64,000 nucleotides of DNA. Origin: Candidatus Obscuribacterales bacterium (GTDB taxonomy: Bacteria; Cyanobacteriota; Vampirovibrionia; Obscuribacterales; Obscuribacteraceae). The stretch covers positions 1,504,001-1,568,000 of the forward strand of contig CBDDIJ010000005.1 of NCBI GenBank assembly GCA_965228855.1. Reading direction: 5' to 3'. The translations under genes were made by a program, and so were the position numbers. The notes under the pieces are model-generated. The model worked only from the letters and a program-made list of their open reading frames with translations. It was not told the origin of the DNA and searched no databases. This document shows, piece by piece, positions 1 through 9,304 of the stretch; positions within the stretch are counted from its first letter, which is position 1; each line of letters begins with the position of its first letter.

Positions 1-223
1 TACCGGCGGAGGAGCGGTAGCTGGAAAGACCGTCGCGGAGCTCCTTATTGATCTCCTCGGCTTGCGCCTCGCCTGCTTTGAGCGCGAGCGTTTGTTTATG
101 CAAGAAAATCTGTCTATCAACACTTGCGTGTATCGCCCTGCCGACCTGAAAGACCGCCAGCAACGTCACAGCCATGATACCGAGCTGTTTGAATAAACCG
201 ATTTTGTTGTTCTTTTCGCTCAC
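1..223 (-). CDS. Septum formation initiator (FtsB/DivIC-like), 3'-truncated by window edge
   Basis: Manual translation from GTG at 223: MSEKNNKIGLFKQLGIMAVTLLAVFQVGRAIHASVDRQIFLHKQTLALKAGEAQAEEINKELRDGLSSYRSSAG... Short basic N-tail, one TM helix, then coiled coil. Not in the ORF track because it is partial. Confidence 0.55.
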   Translation of the reverse strand, partial: MSEKNNKIGLFKQLGIMAVTLLAVFQVGRAIHASVDRQIFLHKQTLALKAGEAQAEEINKELRDGLSSYRSSAG

Positions 224-324
224 GCGTATTGCACCGCTCTTTGTTGAACCGTCTGCAATGAGTCTACCAGTATGAAAAAATTCGTCTACTGGAAACCCAA
301 TCAGATGGAATTATTCTTCACTCA

Positions 325-1806
325 CTAAACTCCAGCTTTTAGCTTTTCACTTTTGGAGTCTACCTTTACGCTGCCCCCATCGAGTTCGTCGATTATTTTT
401 TGAGACTGCACATTGAAGTCTTTAGCGATACGCTCGACTTGCTCCTGTGAAGTGCCCTCGAAGTAGAGGCGGACCAGCGGCTCGGTGCCGCTTGGACGAA
501 TTAGCATCCAGTTGTAGTCGTCGAAGTACAGTTTTAAACCGTCCTTTTTGCCGACCTTTACGACTTTATGACCGCCAATCTCCTTCAGAGGATCGTTGAT
601 TAAACGCTCCATGAGCCCTTTCTGAGTGCTCTTTGTCAGCATCAAGTCACCGCGCAGGAAGAAGAATTGCATCTCTACTTCTTTCTGGAGGTCTTCCCAG
701 ATTTCGGAAAGGGGTTTACCTTCGTAAGCCATCATTTCGATGATAAGCAGGTTTGCGAGGATTCCGTCCTTCTCAGGAATGTGACCTTTGACCGACAAAC
801 CACCGGATTCTTCACCACCGATCAGGATATCGCCTCTGCGCATCTCTTCGCCGATAAACTTGAAACCGACCGGCGTTTCGATGATCGGCAATCCGTATAA
901 TTCACCGAGGCGATCAAGCAAATGAGTGGTGGCAACCGTGCGAACGATCGAGCCTTTTTGTCCACGGTTTTTGACCATGTGGCGCGTGAGCAAGCACAGA
1001 AGCTGGTTCGGTGAGAGATAGTTGCCTTGCTCGTCAATTACCGCGAATCGATCGGCATCACCATCGGTGGCACAACCGACATCGAGTTTTTCGGTTTTCA
1101 CCATTCCAATCAAATAGCGAAGATACTGTTTCTTGGGCTCAGGCATGCCTCCGCCGAACAATGGATCGCGCCAGTCATGAAGCGCTTTCACCGAGACGCC
1201 CCACTGTTTGAGGAGATGATCGAGGTAGCCACGGCTTGTGCTGTATAGCGCGTCATAGCCGACTTTCAAACCAGCCTGACCGATTTTTTTCATATTGATG
1301 AACTGACCAACTGCCGCCAGATATGGTGGCTGAGGATCGAAGTGGGGAACTTCCTCTTTTGAGTACGGAATAACTTCCGGAGTATGGGCCAAGTAAGACA
1401 GCATCTTCTCGGCAATCTCATCAGTAGCCGGTCCCGCGTACTCAGGAATGTATTTTATTCCGCAATACTCAGGAGGATTATGGCTAGCAGTCAAATGAAT
1501 CGCGCCTGCAGTTGGTTCGTGTTGCGTTGCCCAGGCGATACATGGAGTTGGAACGTCGCGACTGGAGACCTTTACAGGAACGCCCATTTCCATTAGAACC
1601 TGAGCGGCGCGCTCGGCGAATTTGTCAGCGAGAAATCTGGTGTCGTAACCGATTAAAACCGGAACTTTATAGTCGGCACCTTTGTGGTAGTTTTCCTTGA
1701 CGTACAGACCCACGGCATAAGCGATACGTTCAACGTTATGGAAGGTGAACTGATCTGCGATTAACGCTCGCCAGCCATCCGTGCCGAACTTAATTACCTC
1801 TGTCAT
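325..1806 (-). CDS. Phosphoglucomutase/phosphomannomutase family protein
   Basis: FGTDG, GYDTR, TASHNP (phosphoserine loop), DGDADR (metal loop), GEESGG, RPSGTEP. Start moved to MTEVIKFGTDG (1806). Confidence 0.95.
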   Translation of the reverse strand: MTEVIKFGTDGWRALIADQFTFHNVERIAYAVGLYVKENYHKGADYKVPVLIGYDTRFLADKFAERAAQVLMEMGVPVKVSSRDVPTPCIAWATQHEPTAGAIHLTASHNPPEYCGIKYIPEYAGPATDEIAEKMLSYLAHTPEVIPYSKEEVPHFDPQPPYLAAVGQFINMKKIGQAGLKVGYDALYSTSRGYLDHLLKQWGVSVKALHDWRDPLFGGGMPEPKKQYLRYLIGMVKTEKLDVGCATDGDADRFAVIDEQGNYLSPNQLLCLLTRHMVKNRGQKGSIVRTVATTHLLDRLGELYGLPIIETPVGFKFIGEEMRRGDILIGGEESGGLSVKGHIPEKDGILANLLIIEMMAYEGKPLSEIWEDLQKEVEMQFFFLRGDLMLTKSTQKGLMERLINDPLKEIGGHKVVKVGKKDGLKLYFDDYNWMLIRPSGTEPLVRLYFEGTSQEQVERIAKDFNVQSQKIIDELDGGSVKVDSKSEKLKAGV

Positions 1807-1883
1807 TACGTTTCCAATCCCCCATAGTAATCTCGCACATTTTGTCATTGCGGCGCCCCCGACGGGGAGCCGGGCGTGGCTCG

Positions 1884-3749
1884 TTAGAGAGCCGATAAAT
1901 ACTGAGCTATATATCGATGAACAGCTTCCCAGGCGGTTCCTGCCTGCCGACGCCCCACCCATTCGCGCTCGACTTGTCGAGAACCAGCTGGCCAAATCCT
2001 GGACGGACGCAGGGTCGCCAGGTCTTCATCGTTGTTGAATTGAATCATAGAGCCGTCGCGACCGTAGAAGCGAAACTTACTAGCCTCGGTGCTCGCGAGC
2101 CAATCTCCAAACCGGCGGTATCCGGCCGGCTGACTCTCCTGAAGCTTTTGAAACCGCGTAACCATGCGGAAGCCATCGCTGGTGAGAAGGGCAGTCAAAC
2201 TGTTCCAAGCACCGCTTGCGTCCTCGAGAATTCGGCGCTCAATATGAATGCCGCGCAGTACATCAAGGCTCCAGAACTGTCCGTCGAACTTTCTGATACT
2301 CACACATCCATTCGCGTCGACTGTCATCGAATCGCCCTGTGCGCGCACCGCTCCATGCTCATCGCGCACCACGACACCATGCCGGTCCTTGATGCCGGTA
2401 GTGAAAATTTTTCCTCTTGCATCGGACCGCACAAACGATTTGAAGTGCCCCTTCTCATCGTAAGAGCAGCTCATCGTCGCGCCGTCGAAGGCGCGCACTT
2501 CGGTCACTCGACCAACTGCATCTTTGATGATGAAGGAACCGTCGCGGTAGACCTCGCGCCGCATGCCGGCAGCCATTGCGATAACGGTTACCGACTCTAT
2601 ACGACGAACCTCTTTTGTTCTTTTACGTGATTGCAGCTGTTTTTTCGCAACCGCCCCACGAAGATTGCGCGCGCCGAAGTCAGGCATGGTTTCTTGATTA
2701 GAAGAGAAAGCGAGATTTCCCTCACTGGTGAACTCAGCGGTTTGCTCAACGCTTTTTTTGTTGCGATAGTTGCGCACCAATTCTTCCCGCCGTTTAGCAT
2801 GGAAATCGGCATGCGGCAATTCATCAGCTTCTTCAACATGCTCGACGTGCTCTCTGTCGAACCACTCGTTGAGCAAAACCGCCAGATGCGAAATAAACTC
2901 GTCACCCTCTTTTTCGACTGCCGGATTATTGGCGAGCAGTTCCGCCGCGCGCTCGTTCATCGAGACTGGCTCGACATCAACCTTCGGAACGTGCGTGCCA
3001 CGATGAATGTTTTGGGCGATCTCGCTCACAACTACGCTATCAACTTCGTAAACCACAGCGGACTCGCTATGAGTCTCCAGGTCCTGGGGACTACTCACGA
3101 TCAGTTGATCGATAAACGCCTGACGCTGTCGCGAAGCTCTCGCCATCAACTCGGCGAGTTCCTCTTCGGGAGCCGTTTGGCAAGCCTCGGCAAGCGCCTG
3201 GATGTCATCGAGCACTTCGTTAGCATTTCCAAAGTCGAAATGCTGATGGGTTTGAACGTGCTGTACTGCTTCGACCGGACCGGCAACAGTCTCATCGATA
3301 GTGATGGCGAACGGAAGATCTTCCAGCGCCGACACAGGCGCATTCGGTTGCAGCCAGTCCCATTGATTCTTTGCCGCAGGATCGAAATTGTGTTGCGCAG
3401 GTGGATTGAAGTTCGTTTGACTCGCGTCAAAACCTCTGCTCAGATTTTCGGATAACGCCTGCGAGTGCGTTCCTCCAGCCTGACTGTTTTTTCGCTGAGC
3501 GCTATCTATAAGACGTCGATTGACTATCGAGGGAACCTGAGCAAACTTCGGAACCGGCGTGTTGTCCAGAAGTGCACGCTCACCTTGTGAGGCGCTTTTC
3601 GAAAGGAAGTTCAGCAGACGGCGATATTCGGCACCACCGGAAGACCGGACCGCGCGACCAGAGGCACGCAATTTGTGCCGTGGTAATTCAACGGGGAGAC
3701 ACAACCCATCGGGCTCCAAAGACATCGTCCGCTCATCCCCAAACCGCAT
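1884..3749 (-). CDS. Hypothetical protein; disordered/acidic N-half, beta-hairpin-rich (YD-like) C-half
   Basis: 621-aa ORF. C-terminal D/N-G turn repeats (YRDGS, DAVGRV, YDEKGH, DARGK, DEHGA, DANGC, FDGQ, RDGS). Start uncertain. Confidence 0.7.
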   Translation of the reverse strand: MRFGDERTMSLEPDGLCLPVELPRHKLRASGRAVRSSGGAEYRRLLNFLSKSASQGERALLDNTPVPKFAQVPSIVNRRLIDSAQRKNSQAGGTHSQALSENLSRGFDASQTNFNPPAQHNFDPAAKNQWDWLQPNAPVSALEDLPFAITIDETVAGPVEAVQHVQTHQHFDFGNANEVLDDIQALAEACQTAPEEELAELMARASRQRQAFIDQLIVSSPQDLETHSESAVVYEVDSVVVSEIAQNIHRGTHVPKVDVEPVSMNERAAELLANNPAVEKEGDEFISHLAVLLNEWFDREHVEHVEEADELPHADFHAKRREELVRNYRNKKSVEQTAEFTSEGNLAFSSNQETMPDFGARNLRGAVAKKQLQSRKRTKEVRRIESVTVIAMAAGMRREVYRDGSFIIKDAVGRVTEVRAFDGATMSCSYDEKGHFKSFVRSDARGKIFTTGIKDRHGVVVRDEHGAVRAQGDSMTVDANGCVSIRKFDGQFWSLDVLRGIHIERRILEDASGAWNSLTALLTSDGFRMVTRFQKLQESQPAGYRRFGDWLASTEASKFRFYGRDGSMIQFNNDEDLATLRPSRIWPAGSRQVEREWVGRRQAGTAWEAVHRYIAQYLSAL

Positions 3750-3850
3750 GCCCCATTCGGAGCGCCTGCGTTAGCCATATTCGGCAATATATTAACATTC
3801 AACCCGCCGAAACGCAGCTGAGAATAACGTTACCGAAATTTCTACGAAAG

Positions 3851-4255
3851 TCTACTATATCCCAGCGTATCAGCCAAGTCCAGCAAGCTCGAAGCAGTGG
3901 GGCTTTCGAGGCATCTACTATATCCCGGCGTATCAGCCAAGTCCAGCAAGCTCGAAGCAGTGGGGCTTTCGAACGCATCGGCAACTCAAGCACCTCGCAA
4001 AGATGGACTTTGGCTATCCCACAGCGCCGGAATTCGCGAAAAGCGTCATTCCAGGATAGCCAAAACATTCCTACTATATCCCAGCATATCAGCCAAGCCC
4101 ATCAGACCCGACCAGTTGGGGCATTTGACAGTCTCGGCATTTCCAGCACCTCGCAAAGATGGACTTTGGCTATCCCACAGCGCCGGAATTCGCGAAAAGC
4201 GTCATTCCAGGATAGCCAAACATTCCTACTATATCCCGGCGTATCCGCCAAGTCC
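3851..4255. repeat. Intergenic composite tandem repeat (63-bp duplication plus ~156-bp period unit) with internal inverted repeats
   Basis: Core CTACTATATCCC(A/G)GC(G/A)TATC(A/C)GCCAAG at 3852, 3915, 4071, 4226. A ~90-bp block is near-identical at 3989-4081 and 4145-4236. IR TTTGGCTATCC...GGATAGCCAAA at 4009-4064 and 4165-4220. Confidence 0.9.
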
Positions 4256-4289
4256 GACAGTCCGACAAGCTCGCGACAGGCTGACGCCG

Positions 4290-5114
4290 CTAATACTTGG
4301 GCGGCGGTGTTTCGGTCGAAAGCCAGCCACGGACCTGTAGCGACTCCGCCATCCGGATGCCGGTGGTGCGCTCGTCGAACATCGCGACGGCAAACTGCCC
4401 CATCGTGATTTTGTTCGCAGACAGCAAGTATTCTGCCAACTGCAAAGACTTCATTTCCGGATCGGTGACATAGCCGGCTTGCAGAACCAGGTCCACCAGC
4501 GGAATATCCGGATAGAGATTCATCTGGTTCTTCAACGCCTGAACTTCGGCTGGACCGATGAATTGCGCCTGCTTGAGCAGGTCGATGAGCATCGGAACAG
4601 ACTCTTGCAGCGGCTGCGTCGTAACCATTTGACGCTCGGCAATTTGCTCGACCACCGGCGCAACCGGCATCGGCGCCTCGATCATCTCGAGCGTTCCATC
4701 CTCAGGAATCACATGGCTCTCAACCAGTGCGCCCCGCGCCACGATCAGGTCGTGACTGAGCCTCAAACGCGGCTTTCTCAGAATGAAACCGGCGTTGAGC
4801 AAGCGATAATAATCTTCTTTCAGATCCTTCGGCGACGGATGCTCGCGAAGGAAACGCTTGATCGCCTTGAAATACGCAGCCAGCACCATGCTGGGATTCA
4901 CGTCACAAGCGATTTCCAGCAAGTCGTAGTAGTTGCTTGGGATGTCTACTTGCTCGCTCTTGGGCGGCGGCAACAAGTCAGGAAACAGCTGATACAGCTC
5001 CTGACACGCTTTGACCATGCCAGTTGCATCAGTGTCAGCCCAGCTTTGACGCAAGGCGGCACAGAGAATCTGGCTCTCGAGTTCTATCCGGTTTGCTCCA
5101 CCAGGACTAGCCAT
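4290..5114 (-). CDS. J-domain-like protein (no HPD) with C-terminal degenerate MshEN-like helical repeats
   Basis: NYYDLLEI...AAYFKAIKRFLREHPS...LLNAGFILRKPRLRLSHD resembles a DnaJ J-domain. C-terminal LIDLLKQAQFI, LVDLVLQAGYV, MAESLQVRGWL. Confidence 0.55.
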   Translation of the reverse strand: MASPGGANRIELESQILCAALRQSWADTDATGMVKACQELYQLFPDLLPPPKSEQVDIPSNYYDLLEIACDVNPSMVLAAYFKAIKRFLREHPSPKDLKEDYYRLLNAGFILRKPRLRLSHDLIVARGALVESHVIPEDGTLEMIEAPMPVAPVVEQIAERQMVTTQPLQESVPMLIDLLKQAQFIGPAEVQALKNQMNLYPDIPLVDLVLQAGYVTDPEMKSLQLAEYLLSANKITMGQFAVAMFDERTTGIRMAESLQVRGWLSTETPPPKY

Positions 5115-5159
5115 TCTCTGCTTAAAGGCCTCCGCTAAAAACTACTGCCGCTCTAAAAC

Positions 5160-5612
5160 CTAGTGATTCTCTACTTCGAAGGTCAACTCCGTATGCCCAA
5201 CCCGGATTTTATCTCCGGCGGACAGCATCTGGCGTTTAACGACCGGATGACCATTGAGTAGACTACCATTTGTTGAACCCAAATCCTCTATCCAGAAGTC
5301 GCCTTCCTCATAGGTGATCCAGGCATGGTGCCGCGAAGTGAACGTGTCGTCCGGTATGACGACTTGATTGGAAGGGTCTCTACCAATCTTCACTTTCGTG
5401 CTTCGCAGCGGAATTTTCTGCCCCGTCTTTTGAACGATAACAGACACCGCTCTCGGCATACTAGTGTCTCGGTCGCCCTCGGCTTTCAAGTAGTCGCTCT
5501 GGAGACTCTTCAAATCGAGGTCCGTAACCGTCGCGCAGTACACGCAACGCTCTCCCTCGGGCGTTGGTCGCCCGCAACTAGGACATGGTTCGGTGGTTGT
5601 GTTCATAGTCAT
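5160..5612 (-). CDS. FHA domain protein with N-terminal zinc ribbon
   Basis: CPSC...CVYC followed by the FHA motifs IGR, SRHHA, DLGSTNGS, LSAGDKIRVG. Confidence 0.92.
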   Translation of the reverse strand: MTMNTTTEPCPSCGRPTPEGERCVYCATVTDLDLKSLQSDYLKAEGDRDTSMPRAVSVIVQKTGQKIPLRSTKVKIGRDPSNQVVIPDDTFTSRHHAWITYEEGDFWIEDLGSTNGSLLNGHPVVKRQMLSAGDKIRVGHTELTFEVENH

Positions 5613-5810
5613 TTCGAAATCCTATACCCGCCCGACGGGCCAGTCCAAATCGCAAGGAAGGGACAAACTTCCGAATATTATACGGGACGGACAATTCAAA
5701 GTTGGCTTGGCATCCCAAGTCTCTACATACTAATATTCGTTCTTAGCAAATACACCCAATTAGAGCATGCCCCGCTCGGCGGCTCTGATATCAGGGTATC
5801 CGGATAGATT

Positions 5811-6110
5811 TTAGCTCCGCAGGTCAGAATCGGACAGGCTGGGCTTTTCAGCCTCTTCCCTGTGTATGCCGATAAGTTTGAGGACCTCGATATTCTCACC
5901 GTACATTTTTCGGATGATCGCAATGTCGTCAGCCGTCGCTGTTTTCAAAAACAGTTTCAAAGAATCCAATTTCTCCTGACTCATCTTGCGCTCGACAAAC
6001 TTAACCTCGCGACTTTGGTCTTCGTCGATTGCACGATTTCGACCGTCATCCGACGGGGGCGGTCCAGTGAAATTTGAAGGGGAAGAATTCCCGGCATTCT
6101 CGTCTGCCAC
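5811..6110 (-). CDS. Hypothetical protein
   Basis: 99-aa ORF, co-oriented with neighbours, GTG start preceded by AAAGGA. Confidence 0.55.
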   Translation of the reverse strand: MADENAGNSSPSNFTGPPPSDDGRNRAIDEDQSREVKFVERKMSQEKLDSLKLFLKTATADDIAIIRKMYGENIEVLKLIGIHREEAEKPSLSDSDLRS

Positions 6111-6314
6111 GGCTTATACAATCCTTTCGTGTACGCGTAAGCCAATTTTACCCGCAAAATAGTAGTCGCACTCACTCTCATCATCAAGCCACTTAACAAC
6201 GGGTTTGCCGCCTACGCACTAGGGTTAACCCTTGCGACTTTTGATATGGAGGTTTTCCCTCGGCGAATCAAACAGTCGCAACTCCACGCACCCATGGAAA
6301 ACCCCATATGCAGA

Positions 6315-6341
6315 GACGCACCGTGCGGAACACGATGCGTC
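6315..6341 (-). terminator. Hairpin downstream of zinc-ribbon gene (possible terminator)
   Basis: Minus strand GACGCATCGTG-TTCCG-CACGGTGCGTC, an 11-bp stem with one G-U. U-tract is weak. Confidence 0.4.
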
Positions 6342-6373
6342 ATTTGAAATCATTATTCAGTTGTTCGTTTCGC

Positions 6374-6718
6374 TTACGCTGTGGCTATTTCCACATCGGT
6401 CGTAACGTCCTCAGGACTTTCGACTTTATCGTCTTCCTCTAGCTTCTTGGTGCGGAAGCAGTAGCTACAGTAGACCGGTCTATAACCTTTCGGCTGAAAC
6501 GGCACTCTCGTGGGCGATCCGCACTCGGCACAACTGACTTCAGCAGTCTTTGTGGGGTCGTCTCCGTTTCTCATTACACGCATCAAAATCCGACAATTCG
6601 GACAGCGCTTGGGCTCATTAATCAGCCCTTTTTCGCTGAAAAATTCCTGCTCTCCAGCGGAGAAAACGAAGAATTTTCCGCAATCACGACACGTAAGCTG
6701 TTTGTCATCGAACACCAT
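6374..6718 (-). CDS. Zinc-ribbon / CxxC-x17-CxxC domain protein
   Basis: FDDKQLTCRDCGKFFVFSAGEQEFF...PKRCPNCR plus CAECG..TRVPFQP...RPVYCSYCF. Confidence 0.92.
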   Translation of the reverse strand: MVFDDKQLTCRDCGKFFVFSAGEQEFFSEKGLINEPKRCPNCRILMRVMRNGDDPTKTAEVSCAECGSPTRVPFQPKGYRPVYCSYCFRTKKLEEDDKVESPEDVTTDVEIATA

Positions 6719-7178
6719 ATTGGGCAACCTGTGAATCGATAGGGGTTCTCCTTAGCGCCGGAGAACTCAGATATCGAGATTCCGTCGCTATGACTGCATA
6801 TTTCGGCAGTCTAGCCCATGCTAACATGACTTATCCGAACCCGGACCACGAAACGGCGCGAGTATAGGGGAATTGCTATAGAAATATGGCAGTCCCCATA
6901 GGCATTATGACGACGGCATGTCGAAGTCGTGATCGCAAGATGGGCTACAAAAGCGCATCGGCATAAGATGTTTATCCGTCATGATTCAACAAGCTTTCGG
7001 ATCCTCGCAGACCATGCGCCTTAAGACTTTGCAGCTTCTTGCCAATTCGACGCAGACTTCTCGTAAACGACAAAACACGCGCATCACGCGCACATGCAAT
7101 TTTCTCTGAAGTGAAAAAACATCCGCACTATTGAAAGCTTGCGGAAATCGTTGCGGCAACTGGGTTTACGGGTCTACC

Positions 7179-8165
7179 CTATAACGAGGCAGTCGCCTGT
7201 CTTGAATAAGCAGTACAATCAAGCCCGGTTTCCACACCTGCAAAATACGCACAGGAAGCCACCATGGCCGCATTGTCGGTGCAGTATTGCAAGTCCGGCA
7301 TGAAAACTTTGATTGCACCTGCTGAATCAAGCTCGCTGAAGCGCCTGCGCAAATCCTTGTTGGCAGCCACTCCGCCGGCAAGCACAATCTTGTCAACATT
7401 CAAAGCCATCGCCGCCTGATGCGTTTTTCGAAACAGAACCCGATTTACCGCATCCTGAAAAGATGCTGCCAGGTCATTGACTGGCAGCGGTTTTTCAAGC
7501 TTCTCCACAGTTCTGAGGACGGCTGTTTTCAAACCGCTGAACGAAAAATCATAGCCCTTGACCGTCCCCTCCGGAAATTTGAACGCACGCGAATCCCCTT
7601 CCCGAGCCACTTTATCGATCATCGGTCCGCCGGGATATCCAAGCCCAAGCAGGCGGGCAACTTTGTCATAAGCTTCCCCCGCCGCATCATCAAGCGTCTG
7701 ACCGAGAATTTCCCAGTCTTTATGAGCTTTCACATGAATAACTTGCGAGTGCCCCCCACTCACGAGCAAGCATATGAAAGGCGGCTCCAACTCTGTGTTT
7801 ATGTAGTTGGCGCAGATGTGCGCATACAAGTGATCCACAGTCAGAAGCGGTTTTTGCAACACCCAACTCATCGCTTTTGCTGCAGATAAACCGACAAGCA
7901 ACGTCCCTATCAATCCAGGTCCCTGAGTGCACGCTATCGCAGTCAGCTCACTCGGCGCAATGCCGCTTTTGTCGAGAGCCTGCTGAATAACTTCATTAAC
8001 TGCTTCCAGGTGATATCGAGCCGCAACCTCAGGCACCACTCCGCCGAATTTCTTATGAATGCCGGTCTGCGAGTTGAGTTCGCTGGCGAGAACAATGCGA
8101 CCATCCCGAACGACTGCGGCTGCCGTCTCATCACAACTGGTTTCCAATCCAAGAATTATGCTCAC
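7179..8165 (-). CDS. tsaD: tRNA N6-threonylcarbamoyltransferase TsaD
   Basis: ILGLETSCDETAAA, GGVVPEVAARYH, GPGL, HLYAH, SGGH, DDAAGEAYDK, FSFSGLKT, CTDNAAM. GTG start at 8165. Confidence 0.97.
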   Translation of the reverse strand: MSIILGLETSCDETAAAVVRDGRIVLASELNSQTGIHKKFGGVVPEVAARYHLEAVNEVIQQALDKSGIAPSELTAIACTQGPGLIGTLLVGLSAAKAMSWVLQKPLLTVDHLYAHICANYINTELEPPFICLLVSGGHSQVIHVKAHKDWEILGQTLDDAAGEAYDKVARLLGLGYPGGPMIDKVAREGDSRAFKFPEGTVKGYDFSFSGLKTAVLRTVEKLEKPLPVNDLAASFQDAVNRVLFRKTHQAAMALNVDKIVLAGGVAANKDLRRRFSELDSAGAIKVFMPDLQYCTDNAAMVASCAYFAGVETGLDCTAYSRQATASL

Positions 8166-8358
8166 GTTTCCTACCTGAGAATCACGCTCACGCTCGCTCC
8201 GGCGGCTGCCAAACGAGCCGCATCTCAAGAGCTGCGTTCCGCATTATAACGGGTATATAGCTAATGAGCTTTTCCGGTCCCAAAACAAGCGGTATTTTGC
8301 AACATCAGAAAATCGCCGAAACCCGCAAGAATTAACCTTCTTCCGCATTAAATTCCTA

Positions 8359-8387
8359 TTGACAAGCAATATTATCCACATTACTAT
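8359..8387 (+). promoter_or_regulatory. sigma70-type promoter containing a DnaA-box consensus
   Basis: TTGACA (8359-8364), 17 bp, TACTAT (8382-8387). TTATCCACA at 8372-8380 lies in the spacer. Confidence 0.6.
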
Positions 8388-8537
8388 TCACCTATTAAAT
8401 GCCTGTTTTGCGCCCCTTTTTCCGGGCGTAAGTTTGCGAAATTTTGAGCATACTGCGGGCAATCGAGCGCAAGCTCTCCTTACTAAAAAAATAGCCAATC
8501 CGTCCGTTACTTACGAACCATCCAGGTGCAAGCCGCT

Positions 8538-9245
8538 ATGAATCTATTCAAGTCGTCGCTTTCCGTACTTTTTGCCGCAGGTTTAGTTGCATCCACGGCA
8601 GCCGCAGCATCCGCTCAAAGCCTTGATGTTGGTGGCATTCGAATGGGCTCGAATGGTCCGCAAGGGACTTTCAGCACGGGTCTGGGAAATCTCAACGTGA
8701 GCGGCACTAACGCCTCCACGACGTTTACGACCGGCGGACTTAACGGACGCCTGGATGTCGGAACCAACGGAGTTTACGCCAACACCAGTGCCGGCAGCTT
8801 TGGTTTTTCGATGCCCGGAGGCGGTAACGGTGGCATTGTTTCCAGCCCCAGTCAGGGCGGAGTCAACTACGGTCAGGGCGGCGGATACGGTCCTCAAGGT
8901 CAAGCTGTCGGCGGTTTCGCCAACGGAATAGGCTCCGGTGGCAGCGCTTATTCTTCTCAAGGCGCGACTGGCGACCAGTATCACGAGTCCGATACCACCA
9001 ACACGAAATTCCAGGGAAATAGCCGCTACACTCGCAAAAACAACAACTCGATTTACGAGAGGCAGCAAACCAACCTGCTCAGCACCTTCAGCACCGATCC
9101 GTCATCGGTCCCGTCAGGTTCTTTCGACTACGGTTTTCAGACAGGCGCCGGTAGTTGGCTGGGCACCGCTCGTGGTGCACTTAGAGGATGGTATTTACCT
9201 CGTACGTCGACAGGTTCGTTCGACGGCAACATCGTGAGTCCTTAA
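8538..9245 (+). CDS. Secreted Gly/Ser/Asn-rich hypothetical protein
   Basis: Sec signal MNLFKSSLSVLFAAGLVASTAAAASA; low-complexity G/S/N/T/Q body. Confidence 0.8.
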   Translation: MNLFKSSLSVLFAAGLVASTAAAASAQSLDVGGIRMGSNGPQGTFSTGLGNLNVSGTNASTTFTTGGLNGRLDVGTNGVYANTSAGSFGFSMPGGGNGGIVSSPSQGGVNYGQGGGYGPQGQAVGGFANGIGSGGSAYSSQGATGDQYHESDTTNTKFQGNSRYTRKNNNSIYERQQTNLLSTFSTDPSSVPSGSFDYGFQTGAGSWLGTARGALRGWYLPRTSTGSFDGNIVSP

Positions 9246-9304
9246 AGGGAATCAAGGCAAGCGTGGTTGGCTTGTGTTGGTTTATCAGTGTCAGGTGATG
9301 GTCG

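Noticed and set aside
1917..3455. Long antisense ORFs (1917..2630, 2631..3455; likewise 4479..5138, 18267..18992, 29707..30486, 55937..56581)
   Set aside because: Shadow frames opposite well-supported genes, with no motifs.
1884..3749. Rhs toxin
   Set aside because: Only a few YD-like hairpins; no Rhs core DPxG motif, toxin tip or immunity gene.
3851..4255. CRISPR array interpretation of the four ~30-bp core repeats
   Set aside because: Intervening sequences are homologous to each other and unequal in length (~33 vs ~125 bp); no cas genes in the window.
3572..4408. 278-aa and 147-aa + strand ORFs over the repeat
   Set aside because: Translations of the DNA repeat; they overlap real minus-strand genes, and the units differ by a 1-bp indel.
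8320..8420. Replication origin (oriC)
   Set aside because: Only one clear DnaA box, and no dnaA/dnaN or box cluster.
9196..9245. LPRTS as a sortase LPxTG signal
   Set aside because: No following TM helix or basic tail, and no sortase gene in the window.
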